In this document: positions 1-10,400 of the stretch, piece after piece
How positions within the stretch are numbered: position 1 is the stretch's first letter
How the letters are laid out: the number at the start of each line of letters is the position of its first letter
Source: a virus
Lineage: Duplodnaviria > Caudoviricetes
Direction: 5' to 3' (one strand)
DNA length: 26,713 bases
Virus record (IMG/VR): IMGVR_UViG_3300043119_000142
Span: 1-26,713 of that record
Notes under the pieces: model-generated
The model's input: the letters and a program-made list of their open reading frames with translations, nothing else
Database searches by the model: none
What the model was told of the DNA's origin: nothing
Made by a program: the position numbers and the translations under genes

Positions 1-828
1 ATTCATGCGATGCTATGCGAAAATAACAATTGGGACTCCCCTATTAATATAGTAGTGCTTAACACATTTGAATTTGTCGCAAAGCATAGTGTTAAAGTAG
101 AACATAATAAGCCATATGTTGTTGGGCCTAGAGAAAAGAAGTTCTTGTGCCTAAATAGAAACCCTCACTGGCACCGTACTTGTCTGCTTGGCTTGGTGAT
201 AGAAAACGATTTGTTAGCTGATGCATTCTATTCATTCTATGATAATGAATATTGTATTAGTGATATTTCTGAAATCTGTATTAGGAATAGATTATCAGAA
301 GACACCGCCAATACTATTCTAACTAACATCAAAGAGTTTCAACCAAATCTTCCGCTGTGCTTAACGCTCGATGACTACGGAAATAATCCAAATGGCATTT
401 ACCCTAAAGATGCAGTACTATTTGATAATAGCTATTTTAGTGTAGTTGCTGAGACCTACTTCTTTAACAATACTCATCTGAATGAATTGAATACTGTGTT
501 CTTAACAGAGAAGACTTACAATGCTATTATGATGAAACATCCTTTCTTGATAATGGGCATGACGAACAGTTTAGATCACTTACGTCACAATGGTTATAGA
601 ACATTTCATCCCTACATTGATGAATCATACGATGATATGGTAGACGTTGAGACACGACTATTAATGATTGTTGACGAAATTAAAAGATTAAGTAGTCTTA
701 CTGCCGAACAATTAACTGAATGGCAAGAAAACATTAAAGAAATAGTGGAACACAACTATCAAGTTCTTATGTCTAGAGTACCTGGACCACTAAACGCAGT
801 AACATTGGGAAAGAATAACAATGAGTGA
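1..828 (+). CDS. Hypothetical protein, 5'-truncated; possibly glycosyltransferase-related (GT10-like C-terminal region)
   Basis: Frame is open from base 1. Motifs FSVVAET, FLTEKTY..I, HPFLIMG, GYRTF..YIDESYD and HNY resemble phage GT10-like hypothetical proteins (from recall). Overlaps the next ATG. Confidence 0.45.
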   Translation: MHAMLCENNNWDSPINIVVLNTFEFVAKHSVKVEHNKPYVVGPREKKFLCLNRNPHWHRTCLLGLVIENDLLADAFYSFYDNEYCISDISEICIRNRLSEDTANTILTNIKEFQPNLPLCLTLDDYGNNPNGIYPKDAVLFDNSYFSVVAETYFFNNTHLNELNTVFLTEKTYNAIMMKHPFLIMGMTNSLDHLRHNGYRTFHPYIDESYDDMVDVETRLLMIVDEIKRLSSLTAEQLTEWQENIKEIVEHNYQVLMSRVPGPLNAVTLGKNNNE

Positions 829-2905
829 ACTTAACATCTACGCTAAACCAGCAGAAACAAGACCAATGGAGCCTGACGCTGATTCAAAGCATCTAGCAAT
901 GCTTCAGGCTATTGCACCTTACGTTAAAAACAAAGTGCAAAAGGGTGTTACTGAAGTAGAGATTATTCCCTCTACTAAGAATACTAAGTTACTATTGTTA
1001 TTGTTGCCAGAATGGGCAACTATGTTCCCGCCCTTTAACATGGCAAGACTGTCTGCGGTAGCAAAAGGTGCCGGCTATGAAAGTAAATGCATTGACTTAA
1101 ACGTTAAAGCGTTTAACTATATGAAAGAAAACAATAACTGCGGACTTGATTATAGTCCATGGGACGGTGCTCGTGAATGGAAATGGGTAGGACACAACTA
1201 TCATGAAGACTTGCACGAGAGACTAGAGCCACTGTTCACTTCTTATATTAAACAGATTGTAGAATATGCTCCAGATGTTATTGGCTTTACAACTTATTAT
1301 TGTAACTATGAACCTACTAGTTGGATGGCAAGTGAACTTAAGAAAGTATTACCCGATGCAGTATTTGTATTAGGTGGCAGTGATGCTCACAAAGAACTAC
1401 GAGACATTAATCCAGCATTTGATTATATTGTACGCGGCGAAGGTGAAGGTATTATTCTTAACATCCTAGATAATGTAGAGAAGGGTATTAAATTTGATAC
1501 GATGCAAATTTTGCAACAGCCCGAAGGCGAAAGACTTAATCTGAGCGGGTTCCCAACTCCAGACTACTCACACTTTGACTTCAATGAATATCAGATTCCA
1601 AATGGTGTTAACAGTGAACTAAGCCGCGGCTGTGTTGCTAAGTGTACGTTCTGTGAAGAAACACACTTCTGGAAGTATCGTCAACGTCAGGCGCTTGACA
1701 TTCTAACTGAGTTACGCTATCTTTACTATGAGAAGGGTACTGATGTTGTATGGTTTATTGACAGTCTTGTCAATGGTAATCTCAGTGAGTTGATGGGCTT
1801 CTGCAAGGGAGTTATTGCTGCCGGCATGAAGATTCACTGGACTGGCTATTGTCGCTGTGACGGTCGTATGGACTTAGAGTTCTATCAAATGCTAGCCGAC
1901 AGTGGCTGTGCAATGCTTAACTACGGTATTGAATCGGGTAGTCAGAAAGTTCTTGATGACATGGATAAGAAAGTTACTGTTGCTGAGATGGAACAGAACT
2001 TCAGAGATGGTGCAAAGGTAGGCGTCGGAGCATTTACTAACTGGATTGTTGGCTTCCCCACTGAGCAGTATCAAGACTTTGCAGACACGTTGACATTCTT
2101 GTGGCGCAATAGAAACATGAACATTATTAATATTAGTCCGGGCTTTGGCTTCGGTCTTGGTATGAATACTGTTGCAGGCCAGAATCCAGCACGATTTAAT
2201 ATCTTAGATCACAAGTATCTAGATGGTGTCATCACTAAAGACTTTAGACTAAGTAAGTTCCATATTCTGAATCGTATGAAAAGTTTCTTTATTTTCGTAC
2301 AGAATTTAATTACTGAGAATCCCATTACTATTCCGCAACGTCCTAACATTCCGATGTTCCATTATAAGTTGCATTTATTAGACCCTACTATTCAAAAAGA
2401 AATTGAATATGAACAGTTTGATTATGATATCATTAAGCCAAACATTAGTCCGTTTGCTGATAGTCTAGTAAACGAAATGTTTGTACTATTCAGAATGATT
2501 TGGCGTACTCGTGGCGGCTTCCATATGTCTGTTAAGTACGATGAAGAACTTGATATGATGGAGTTTGGTGGACGTAACGCAGGACCCTATTGGGCAACAC
2601 ACAATTTCAATATTGACCATGACGGCAATTGGAATTATAAGGCTACGTTTAAGTTTGTACAGCCACCTGCTATTGTTGATCCGGGCGACCCCATGTTGCC
2701 GCGCAGTCCTTTCTTTGCTCAAGATTATTCTAGAGAACAAGTTAATGCTGCTAAGAGAGCCAGAAAATTAGCCAAACCCGAAGATTGGGGAGACGAAGGT
2801 AGAGACCACGAACAGTTCATGGCACTGATTGCAGAGGAAAGAGTATTAAACGAGACCGTTGACTTCACGTTTGACTATGAATGGTCTGGTACCGGAAAGT
2901 GGTAA
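821..2905 (+). CDS. Cobalamin (B12)-binding radical SAM enzyme (class B, methyltransferase-like)
   Basis: CxxxCxxC in SRGCVAKCTFC. N-terminal B12-binding region (PDVIGFT, LGG, DYIVRGEGE), plus YGIESGSQKVLDDMDK and WIVGFPTE. Confidence 0.9.
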   Translation: MSELNIYAKPAETRPMEPDADSKHLAMLQAIAPYVKNKVQKGVTEVEIIPSTKNTKLLLLLLPEWATMFPPFNMARLSAVAKGAGYESKCIDLNVKAFNYMKENNNCGLDYSPWDGAREWKWVGHNYHEDLHERLEPLFTSYIKQIVEYAPDVIGFTTYYCNYEPTSWMASELKKVLPDAVFVLGGSDAHKELRDINPAFDYIVRGEGEGIILNILDNVEKGIKFDTMQILQQPEGERLNLSGFPTPDYSHFDFNEYQIPNGVNSELSRGCVAKCTFCEETHFWKYRQRQALDILTELRYLYYEKGTDVVWFIDSLVNGNLSELMGFCKGVIAAGMKIHWTGYCRCDGRMDLEFYQMLADSGCAMLNYGIESGSQKVLDDMDKKVTVAEMEQNFRDGAKVGVGAFTNWIVGFPTEQYQDFADTLTFLWRNRNMNIINISPGFGFGLGMNTVAGQNPARFNILDHKYLDGVITKDFRLSKFHILNRMKSFFIFVQNLITENPITIPQRPNIPMFHYKLHLLDPTIQKEIEYEQFDYDIIKPNISPFADSLVNEMFVLFRMIWRTRGGFHMSVKYDEELDMMEFGGRNAGPYWATHNFNIDHDGNWNYKATFKFVQPPAIVDPGDPMLPRSPFFAQDYSREQVNAAKRARKLAKPEDWGDEGRDHEQFMALIAEERVLNETVDFTFDYEWSGTGKW

Positions 2906-3757
2906 ATGCTATTATACTTTAGTGGGGATAGTTTTGTTGCTGGCACTGAGTTAGCAGATGATATGCTTCCAGGCTATCCGGGCTACATACCATGGCCATT
3001 AGACTTTAGTGATGGCAGCAAATTCCGTACAGGTAAAGTTTGGTTAGATGCTTCACATGATGCAGGTCATCCTTCCAACAAGACTCGTATGGATATTATA
3101 GCTGAACTTGTGCAGACAGAACTATACAGAGCATATCCAAATAAAGTACACATGATGACCGGCTTACCTATTATTAATAGGGGAATGGGCGGTTCGTCAA
3201 TGGATCGCATCGCAAGACAGACACTACTTGATTTGTATACGCTTAAACAGGAAGACCCGGATAGAGAGTTAGTTGCATTTATCGGAACTACTTATCCGGA
3301 ACGTCATGAAATACCCAATAACCTTCCTCCTATTAGTGATATGCATGGCTTTATTACTGATTGGGCATCTATATCTGCTACTTTTAGACAAGCCGACCAC
3401 GATGAAGACATTGAGAACATCCGGCGTTACAAGATATTGTTTGAGACTAACTACCACTCTCTAGTTAATTTCTATCGTAATGTAGTATTGATTAGTGATT
3501 TTTGTAAAGTAAACAATATAAAGCTGTATTGGATTGCAACAGGCGAAGACGTAACAACACGTATAGTGGAAAAGCATCTTAAAGACCGACCTGATCTTAA
3601 GATGCTAATGGAATATTCGCAATTCAAATACGATATTAACATGGTTGATATTGTCAGAGAGTTTTCAGGGCAAGATGTTATTTGCCCGGGCGGACATTTC
3701 GGTGAACAGATACATGAGCGCACCGCGCAAGAGATAGTGAGGATTTTACATGGATAA
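2906..3757 (+). CDS. SGNH/GDSL-hydrolase-fold protein (acyl-esterase or acyltransferase-like)
   Basis: Block I GDSF at the N-terminus, block II NRGMGGSS, and C-terminal GGHF..QIH. Confidence 0.7.
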   Translation: MLLYFSGDSFVAGTELADDMLPGYPGYIPWPLDFSDGSKFRTGKVWLDASHDAGHPSNKTRMDIIAELVQTELYRAYPNKVHMMTGLPIINRGMGGSSMDRIARQTLLDLYTLKQEDPDRELVAFIGTTYPERHEIPNNLPPISDMHGFITDWASISATFRQADHDEDIENIRRYKILFETNYHSLVNFYRNVVLISDFCKVNNIKLYWIATGEDVTTRIVEKHLKDRPDLKMLMEYSQFKYDINMVDIVREFSGQDVICPGGHFGEQIHERTAQEIVRILHG

Positions 3758-4343
3758 CACTGTAGATACATTTGAGAAGTTAATTGCTACGTATTACGGA
3801 GCACCATATGCTGTTGCTGTAGACTGCTGCACACATGCAATTGAATTGTGTTTGCGCATGGAGAATGATTTAGTTCTTTCTAACTGTCCTAAACAAACAT
3901 ATCTCAGTATTCCGATGACATTTAGAAAATTAGGTATTCCCTGGCAATTCACTGATGAGCAGTGGGAAGACTATTATTATATCGGACACACAAATATCAT
4001 TGATGCTGCTGTATATTGGAAGCGTAGTGGTTATATCCCCGGTACAAAAATGTGTCTCAGCTTTCAGTTTAAGAAGCATTTGAATTTGGGCAGAGGCGGT
4101 ATGATTTTGCTTGACAATTATGACGAATATGTTACATTAAAAAAGCTGCGTTACGATGGCAGAGAAGATAATTTACCTTGGGCTGAGCAAGACATTGACA
4201 CATTAGGATATCATTACTATATGACTCCTGAGATTGCTCAAACAGGTATCTTTCGTTTTGCATCCGCAGAAGTAACAGAGCCTCGCAAGTGGTCATATCA
4301 AGACTACCCTGACCTATCTAAAATGAAAGTGTTCAATGCTTAG
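3750..4343 (+). CDS. Short DegT/DnrJ/EryC1/StrS-family PLP-dependent aminotransferase
   Basis: AVAVDCCTHAIELCL, IIDAA, SFQFKKHL (Schiff-base Lys region), GRGGMIL, GYHYYMT. Only 197 aa. Confidence 0.8.
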   Translation: MDNTVDTFEKLIATYYGAPYAVAVDCCTHAIELCLRMENDLVLSNCPKQTYLSIPMTFRKLGIPWQFTDEQWEDYYYIGHTNIIDAAVYWKRSGYIPGTKMCLSFQFKKHLNLGRGGMILLDNYDEYVTLKKLRYDGREDNLPWAEQDIDTLGYHYYMTPEIAQTGIFRFASAEVTEPRKWSYQDYPDLSKMKVFNA

Positions 4344-5310
4344 TAAGAATGAATGGGATCCGCTAAAGAGTGTCATTGTAGGAATAGCAGATGATGCTAA
4401 AATACCCGGACCTAATATTAGCGTAAGAACAGTTAATTACGCTCACATGACCTTTTCAGAATATCTTACTGTGAAGCATGGTAGATACCCTGAACAAGTG
4501 ATTAGTGAAGCTAATGAAGATTTAGAAATCCTGTGCAATTTTTTACGTGAAGAACATGTTCACGTAGTTCGTCCATTATCAGATGATCCAAATTATTATA
4601 ACTTTTGTCCCAGAGATACATTATTAGTACACGATGATATTATTCTTGCTACGCCGATGGCTCTATCTGATAGACGAGAAGAATGGCGGGCGTCAAAGCA
4701 ATTTCTTGACTTGTCTAAATTGATAGTTGCCCCTAAACCTGAACACAGTGACGTATATCACACTGGTTGTATAGGTAATCCAAATAAGTTAGCACTGTAT
4801 GAAAATGAACCTATATTTGATGCTGCTAACATCCTACGCTGTAATGATGATTTGTTTTACCTAGTAAGCAACACTGGCAATAAAAAGGGTGCTAAGTACC
4901 TACAAGAAATCGTAGGAGACAAAAAGAAAGTTCATACTATCGAAAACGTGTATAGTTATGTTCATTTAGATAGTACTATTGCATTATTGCGTGAAGGATT
5001 AATGCTGCTCAATCCGTCTAGAATTAAATCAGTAGAACAACTTCCAGACGTATTACGCAATTGGGATATTATTTGGGCTCCTGAACCAGTTGATATCGGG
5101 CACTATCCTGGCTATTGTAATTCTAGTAATTGGCTGAGTATTAACTTACTATCAGTAAATCCTAACCTAGTAATACTAGAAGAACATCAGCATAACCTAA
5201 GAGTAGAACTTGAGAAGCATAAAATTAGTTGTGCAATGTTGCCGATGAGACATGCGAAGACACTGGGAGGATGCTTTCACTGTGTCACGCTAGATTTGGA
5301 ACGCGGGTGA
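4336..5310 (+). CDS. Amidinotransferase (glycine / inosamine-phosphate amidinotransferase family)
   Basis: NEWDPLKSVIVG, CPRD, FDAAN, HLDST, GGCFHCVTLD; catalytic Asp, His and Cys are present. Confidence 0.9.
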   Translation: MLSKNEWDPLKSVIVGIADDAKIPGPNISVRTVNYAHMTFSEYLTVKHGRYPEQVISEANEDLEILCNFLREEHVHVVRPLSDDPNYYNFCPRDTLLVHDDIILATPMALSDRREEWRASKQFLDLSKLIVAPKPEHSDVYHTGCIGNPNKLALYENEPIFDAANILRCNDDLFYLVSNTGNKKGAKYLQEIVGDKKKVHTIENVYSYVHLDSTIALLREGLMLLNPSRIKSVEQLPDVLRNWDIIWAPEPVDIGHYPGYCNSSNWLSINLLSVNPNLVILEEHQHNLRVELEKHKISCAMLPMRHAKTLGGCFHCVTLDLERG

Positions 5311-5320
5311 TTTGCTGCAA

Positions 5321-5326
5321 TAAATA
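5321..5326 (+). promoter_or_regulatory. Putative T4-like late promoter TAAATA
   Basis: aTAAATA lies 5 nt before ATG 5332, with no Shine-Dalgarno. Confidence 0.6.
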
Positions 5327-5331
5327 TACAC

Positions 5332-5844
5332 ATGACAGTTAAACTAGGACACATAGATAGATTTTGGGACGACGGCTACAAAAGTCTACCCTACTCTAAA
5401 AAGAGAGGGTTTGATGATTTGCAGTTTAAGGCTTGGGAAGAAGTTGGTTACCATGAATCCAATGTAAAAAGCCTAACTGGTTGGGACTATGATAACAGTA
5501 ATCCAATGCCGCAATGGGTAGACCAACTCAAAGATAAATTCTCACTGTACAGACAAACGTATACCTTTTATAAAATGGAAACATTAGAGATAATGCCATT
5601 GCACAGTGACCACTTCCGTACGTACTGCAGGATCAACGAGGTTGTCAGTGACCAAGTTCACCGTGCTGTATTGATGCTTGAAGATTGGAAGTCCGGTCAT
5701 TATTTAGAAATAGATGGCACCGGGTATGTAAATTGGAAAGCTGGTGACTGGTTTATGTGGAATGGAACTACTCCCCACATAGCTGCTAATATAGGAATAG
5801 AGCCTAGGTACTCTTTGCAGATTACCGGCATACTAACAGAATAA
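5332..5844 (+). CDS. Cupin / 2OG-Fe(II) oxygenase-like protein
   Basis: HxD in PLHSDH, distal His in TPHIAANIG, and R-Y-S-L-Q-I-T-G near the C-terminus. Confidence 0.7.
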   Translation: MTVKLGHIDRFWDDGYKSLPYSKKRGFDDLQFKAWEEVGYHESNVKSLTGWDYDNSNPMPQWVDQLKDKFSLYRQTYTFYKMETLEIMPLHSDHFRTYCRINEVVSDQVHRAVLMLEDWKSGHYLEIDGTGYVNWKAGDWFMWNGTTPHIAANIGIEPRYSLQITGILTE

Positions 5845-5855
5845 AGAGAGAAACA

Positions 5856-5960
5856 ATGTTTAAATTTGTTAAGAATCTATACAATAAAGTAAAGAGAGAA
5901 ATTCAATACCGCAAGCGTATCAAGGAACTCAAGAAACGAGATCCGTTCATTTACAAGTGA
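5856..5960 (+). CDS. 34-aa basic microprotein MFKFVKNLYNKVKREIQYRKRIKELKKRDPFIYK (not in the ORF track)
   Basis: Fills the gap between two co-oriented genes, has a purine-rich agagag upstream, and ends 6 nt before the carbamoyltransferase ATG. Confidence 0.7.
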   Translation: MFKFVKNLYNKVKREIQYRKRIKELKKRDPFIYK

Positions 5961-5966
5961 TATAAT

Positions 5967-7460
5967 ATGAACTATGTAGGAATTAGTTGCGGCTTCCATG
6001 ACGCTGCTTTAAGTGTTATTGATGGTAATGGAAATATACTTTTTGCCGGGCACAGTGAGAGGTACAGTATGAAGAAGCATGACAGTGAGTTGTGCTTTGA
6101 CCTTATGTTAGATACCCGTGGCTATATCAATGATGACTTTCAAGTTCATTACTATGAGCGCCCTTACGTCAAGGCTATTAGGCAGTTCTTTGCAGGACAA
6201 AAACTTGGTCCGTTAAACGTCAATGAAATAATCGGTAGTCATAATCTACGCATGATGGAAAGTGTTAAGCACATTCAGCAAGGTAAAGTAAAGACGCACA
6301 ATCATCATTTATGCCACGCCGCGGCAGGATTTCAAACAAGTCCATATGAAGACGCAACCGTAGTAGTCATTGACGCTATCGGTGAGCTAGACACGATTAG
6401 TATTTGGGATGCAACATATGATAAAGAAGGTAAAGCAACGTATAAAAAGATTTGGGGACGTAGATATCCTGACTCGATTGGTCTTTTTTATTCTGCGATG
6501 ACAGCACGAGTGGGCTTACGTCCACTAGATGAAGAATATATTCTAATGGGTATGGCTGCGTACGGCGAACCCTTATATAATGCATCAATGAAAAAACTGT
6601 TTAGTAACTTTGGTGGCATCACGTTAAAGGACAACTTGCATATTGGGGTAGATGACAATTTCCTCAAAGATGCAGATGAAATGGATATTGCTGCATCCGC
6701 ACAAGAAGTAGTAGAACAGCTAATTGAAATAGTGATCAAGAAAGCTAAGAAGCTAGGGAAGAGTGAAAATCTTGTGTATGGTGGAGGCGTTGCTCTCAAC
6801 TGTCTTGCTAATAGATTAATCGGAAAGCACTATCAAAACATTTGGATTATGCCTAATCCCGGGGACGCTGGGAACAGTCTCGGCGCAGCAGCATTAGGCT
6901 ATGGTAAGAAGATTAACTGGACTGATGCATTCTTAGGACATGAAATCAACGGTGAATACCCGGTTGACAACATACTAAAAGAGTTGTATACTAATAAGAT
7001 GGTAGGCGTTGCTAGTGGCAGGGCTGAATTTGGACCTCGTGCGTTAGGTAATCGTTCGTTACTTGCTGACCCTCGCGGGCCTGAGATAAAGGATAAAGTA
7101 AATGATATCAAAAGAAGACAGCAATTTAGACCGTTTGCGCCTGTTATTTTGGAGGAGCTGGTTACTGATTATTTTGACATGCCTGTCAATTGGAGTGACA
7201 GTAGGTATATGCAAGTCATCGCTACTTGTAGGCATCCTGATTTATTTCCTGCTATCGTTCATAATGACGGCACTTCTCGTGTTCAAACTGTTGCGAATGA
7301 TGGATCGGGAATCAGAAAACTCTTAGAAGCTTGGTACAAAGAAACGGGTTGTCCTATGCTACTCAATACTTCACTAAACATTCGTGGTGAGCCAATGGTC
7401 AATGATAGGCGTGATGCTGACAGATTTGAAAAACTCTACGGAGTAAAAGTCTGCTCATAA
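5967..7460 (+). CDS. O-carbamoyltransferase, NodU/CmcH (TobZ-like) family
   Basis: GFHDAA, SERYS..KHD, HHLCHAAAGF, DAIGE, GGVALNC, GDAG, EFGPRALGNRS, RQQFRPFAP, LLNTSLN. Confidence 0.95.
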   Translation: MNYVGISCGFHDAALSVIDGNGNILFAGHSERYSMKKHDSELCFDLMLDTRGYINDDFQVHYYERPYVKAIRQFFAGQKLGPLNVNEIIGSHNLRMMESVKHIQQGKVKTHNHHLCHAAAGFQTSPYEDATVVVIDAIGELDTISIWDATYDKEGKATYKKIWGRRYPDSIGLFYSAMTARVGLRPLDEEYILMGMAAYGEPLYNASMKKLFSNFGGITLKDNLHIGVDDNFLKDADEMDIAASAQEVVEQLIEIVIKKAKKLGKSENLVYGGGVALNCLANRLIGKHYQNIWIMPNPGDAGNSLGAAALGYGKKINWTDAFLGHEINGEYPVDNILKELYTNKMVGVASGRAEFGPRALGNRSLLADPRGPEIKDKVNDIKRRQQFRPFAPVILEELVTDYFDMPVNWSDSRYMQVIATCRHPDLFPAIVHNDGTSRVQTVANDGSGIRKLLEAWYKETGCPMLLNTSLNIRGEPMVNDRRDADRFEKLYGVKVCS

Positions 7461-7467
7461 GTAATAG

Positions 7468-10400
7468 ATGCTAAGAGACGTTTTTTACTACGGCAGTAAG
7501 CCCAATGTTCACCCTAGAGAACAGTTCGCAGAGAATCTAGCCGACGCTAGATTAAAATCCACTACACATGACTTTTGGATTATCAATGAGTTCTGTGATT
7601 ACCGAAACTTTGATTGGGACTTTGACTTTGAGCTATTACCCGACGAAGATGTATGGGCAGAAGATCACAATAATGTATGGCCTAGTCAACATCAGAAAGA
7701 CTCTGGTACATGGCTATGTCCAAAAGAATATAGCGACATTATTATCTATCGTGGCGATGTAAATCCAGTTAAACGAAAAAATGAACGGACATCAAATTGG
7801 GTGCTGTTAGATAATATTGATGAGACTAAGTTTGACTTTAGTTGGCATCCTGACCCCACAGCCCCCGCCTATGTATACAAGTGGGGATGCAAGTTCTTTC
7901 CCGCAGAGTTAAAGCACGTACTAGAATATCATGTAGAAGGTGCTACAAACGAAAAGTATATGAACGTCATTGCAGAATTGCTACCTAATAGTGACTGCTG
8001 GACCGAACACGACTTGATTAACAAAACAAAGTTTGATATGTCCTGGCGTCCAGACCCGATGGATCCTCCCTTCATCTATGTTTGGGGTAACAAGTGGGTA
8101 GACGGAAAACTAAAACCTACTCTGACATATCATGCTCCGGACGCAGTTGACACTAAGTATATGCCAGAACATATTCCCGTTCTTCCTGAATGGGATAAGT
8201 GGGTAGAAATACAAGCAGTAGACAAAAATAAGTTTGACTTCACTTGGCGTCCAGATCCAAGAGAACCTGCATACATCTATACCTGGGGTAACAAGCATAT
8301 TGCAGCACAAGACCGCCCAACACTAGAATATCACTGCGATAATGCAACTGATAGAAAGTATATGGATGAGCAAGTTTCCGTTCTTCCTGAATGGGACCGC
8401 TGGAAGATAGTTCAAAAGATAGACATGAACAGTGTTGACTTCACTTGGCGCCCTGATCCTAAAGAACCTCCGTTCACTTACGTATTCGGTAATGAGTTAT
8501 ACGATGCCGTAAAGATGCCTACAATTATCTACAACATGCCCGATGGTCCGGAAGTCAAGTATATGGACACGCTTAAAGCTAAGTTAGCTCCTAACGTTGA
8601 AAAGTTTCGAGTGCTGATTCCTATTGACAATGATAGCTTTGACTTCGCCTGGGCTCCAGACCCGGACGAACCCCCTTACATTTATACATGGGGCAATCAA
8701 TGGAATAGTGCTGAGATAGAACCTACTGTTGAATTACATGTTGATGGTGCTACTCAGCGTAAGTTCATGGACGCTAGGGTAACAGTGCTTCCAGATATGA
8801 GCCGCTGGTTAGAGATTCAAGAAGTAGACAAGAGTAAGTTTGATTTCAGCTGGAGACCTGATCCCACTTCGCCACCGTACATTTATACATGGGGCAACAA
8901 GTGGATTGATGCAGAATTGCGCCCCACTCTTGAGTATCATTGTGAAGGGGCAGTTGAACCTAAGTATATGAGCAATGATGTTCCGGTGATGCCGGAATCA
9001 GCTAGATGGAAAATCTTACAAACGATTTTACCTGACAGCTTTGACTTCACTTGGCGTCCAGACCCAAGAGAGCCACCTTATACATATGTGTTCGGCAATG
9101 AATTGTATGATGCAATCAAGATGCCAACTATCATGTATAATATGCCCAATGGTCCGGAAACAAAATACGTACATAACATCACTGCAAAATTAGCAGGGAA
9201 TAGAAGTCTATACGAACATTTAGAAGACGCTGAGTTGGAAGATTATTCTTGGGTTCCAGATCCAGATAGCCCGCCCTACATCTACGCATGGGGAAATCAG
9301 TGGAATAAACCAGAAGATAAAATCTCTGTTCAAATATCCGTCCCGGGCGCTACTGAATACAAATATATGGAACAACGAGCAATTCGTAAACCCAGTATGA
9401 ATTGCTGGGAAATACCAGATGACCTATCACTAGCTGCATTTGATTTTAGCTGGGAACCTAATCCAAATGATCCTCCCTATATCTACGAGTTTGCGACAGT
9501 ATGGAATAATCGAGGCGGTCCTCGCTACGTAGTACCAGGTGCAACTGAATACAAGTATATCGAAGATATCAAAGCTGTATTGAAACCTAATAGAGCGAAC
9601 TGGGAAATCAGTGAAGGGGTAGATACCGCTAGCTTCGACTTCTCATGGGTACCGCATCCTAATGCACCTGCATATATCTATCAGTTCGGTACTAAAACTG
9701 ATAACGATGATGGTCCTAGATACATTACTCCGAACAACAACGGCGAAGTTGTGTATCTAGAAAGAATAGAGTCAACTATCGTCGTAGTTAATCAGTACCA
9801 TATCGAAACTACATTAGATGATTTAGTAGCACAGCATCCTAATGAAATCTTCTGGGCTACAAGAAAGAACATCGACTATTCTACCTTTGATTTTGACTGG
9901 CGCCCTGGCACAGTCGAAGTAGCATGGGAACTAGATTATGTTCATGTATTCGGTTCTCCTGAATCAGAGCTTACACAAACATATTTCATTAGTGCCAAAC
10001 ACTATGCAGAAGGTAAGACTAGTCTTAAGTTCGTAGAAGAATTGAAATTGGATGAAAGTACTCTTTCTAAAATCTTCGCTAAGCCTGATATGTTCTTTGT
10101 AGATAGAAGTAATCGAGAATCAGCAGCAAGATTTGAAGCACTAAAAGCGAAATATGGTACAAGAATTCAAAAGACTCGCTATCTCAACTCATGGGTAGAT
10201 ACTGTTAACCGTTGTACTAATCGTGCAACAACTGAAATGCTTTGGGTACTCAACAGTGAACTAGACTATAGCGACTTTGATTTTGAATACTATCCTAACC
10301 CTTGGCAGATGAGCATGGTCCATGTATTTGGTACGCAGTGGTCACACTGGGGTACTACATTCATGATTAACCGCGAGACGTTTGCGGAAGATACAAAATA

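Noticed and set aside
7795-9770. CRISPR array or DGR template/variable repeat
   Set aside because: The repeats are in-frame, diverge at synonymous positions and have no unique spacers. I saw no adenine-specific pattern, and no reverse transcriptase or cas gene is present.
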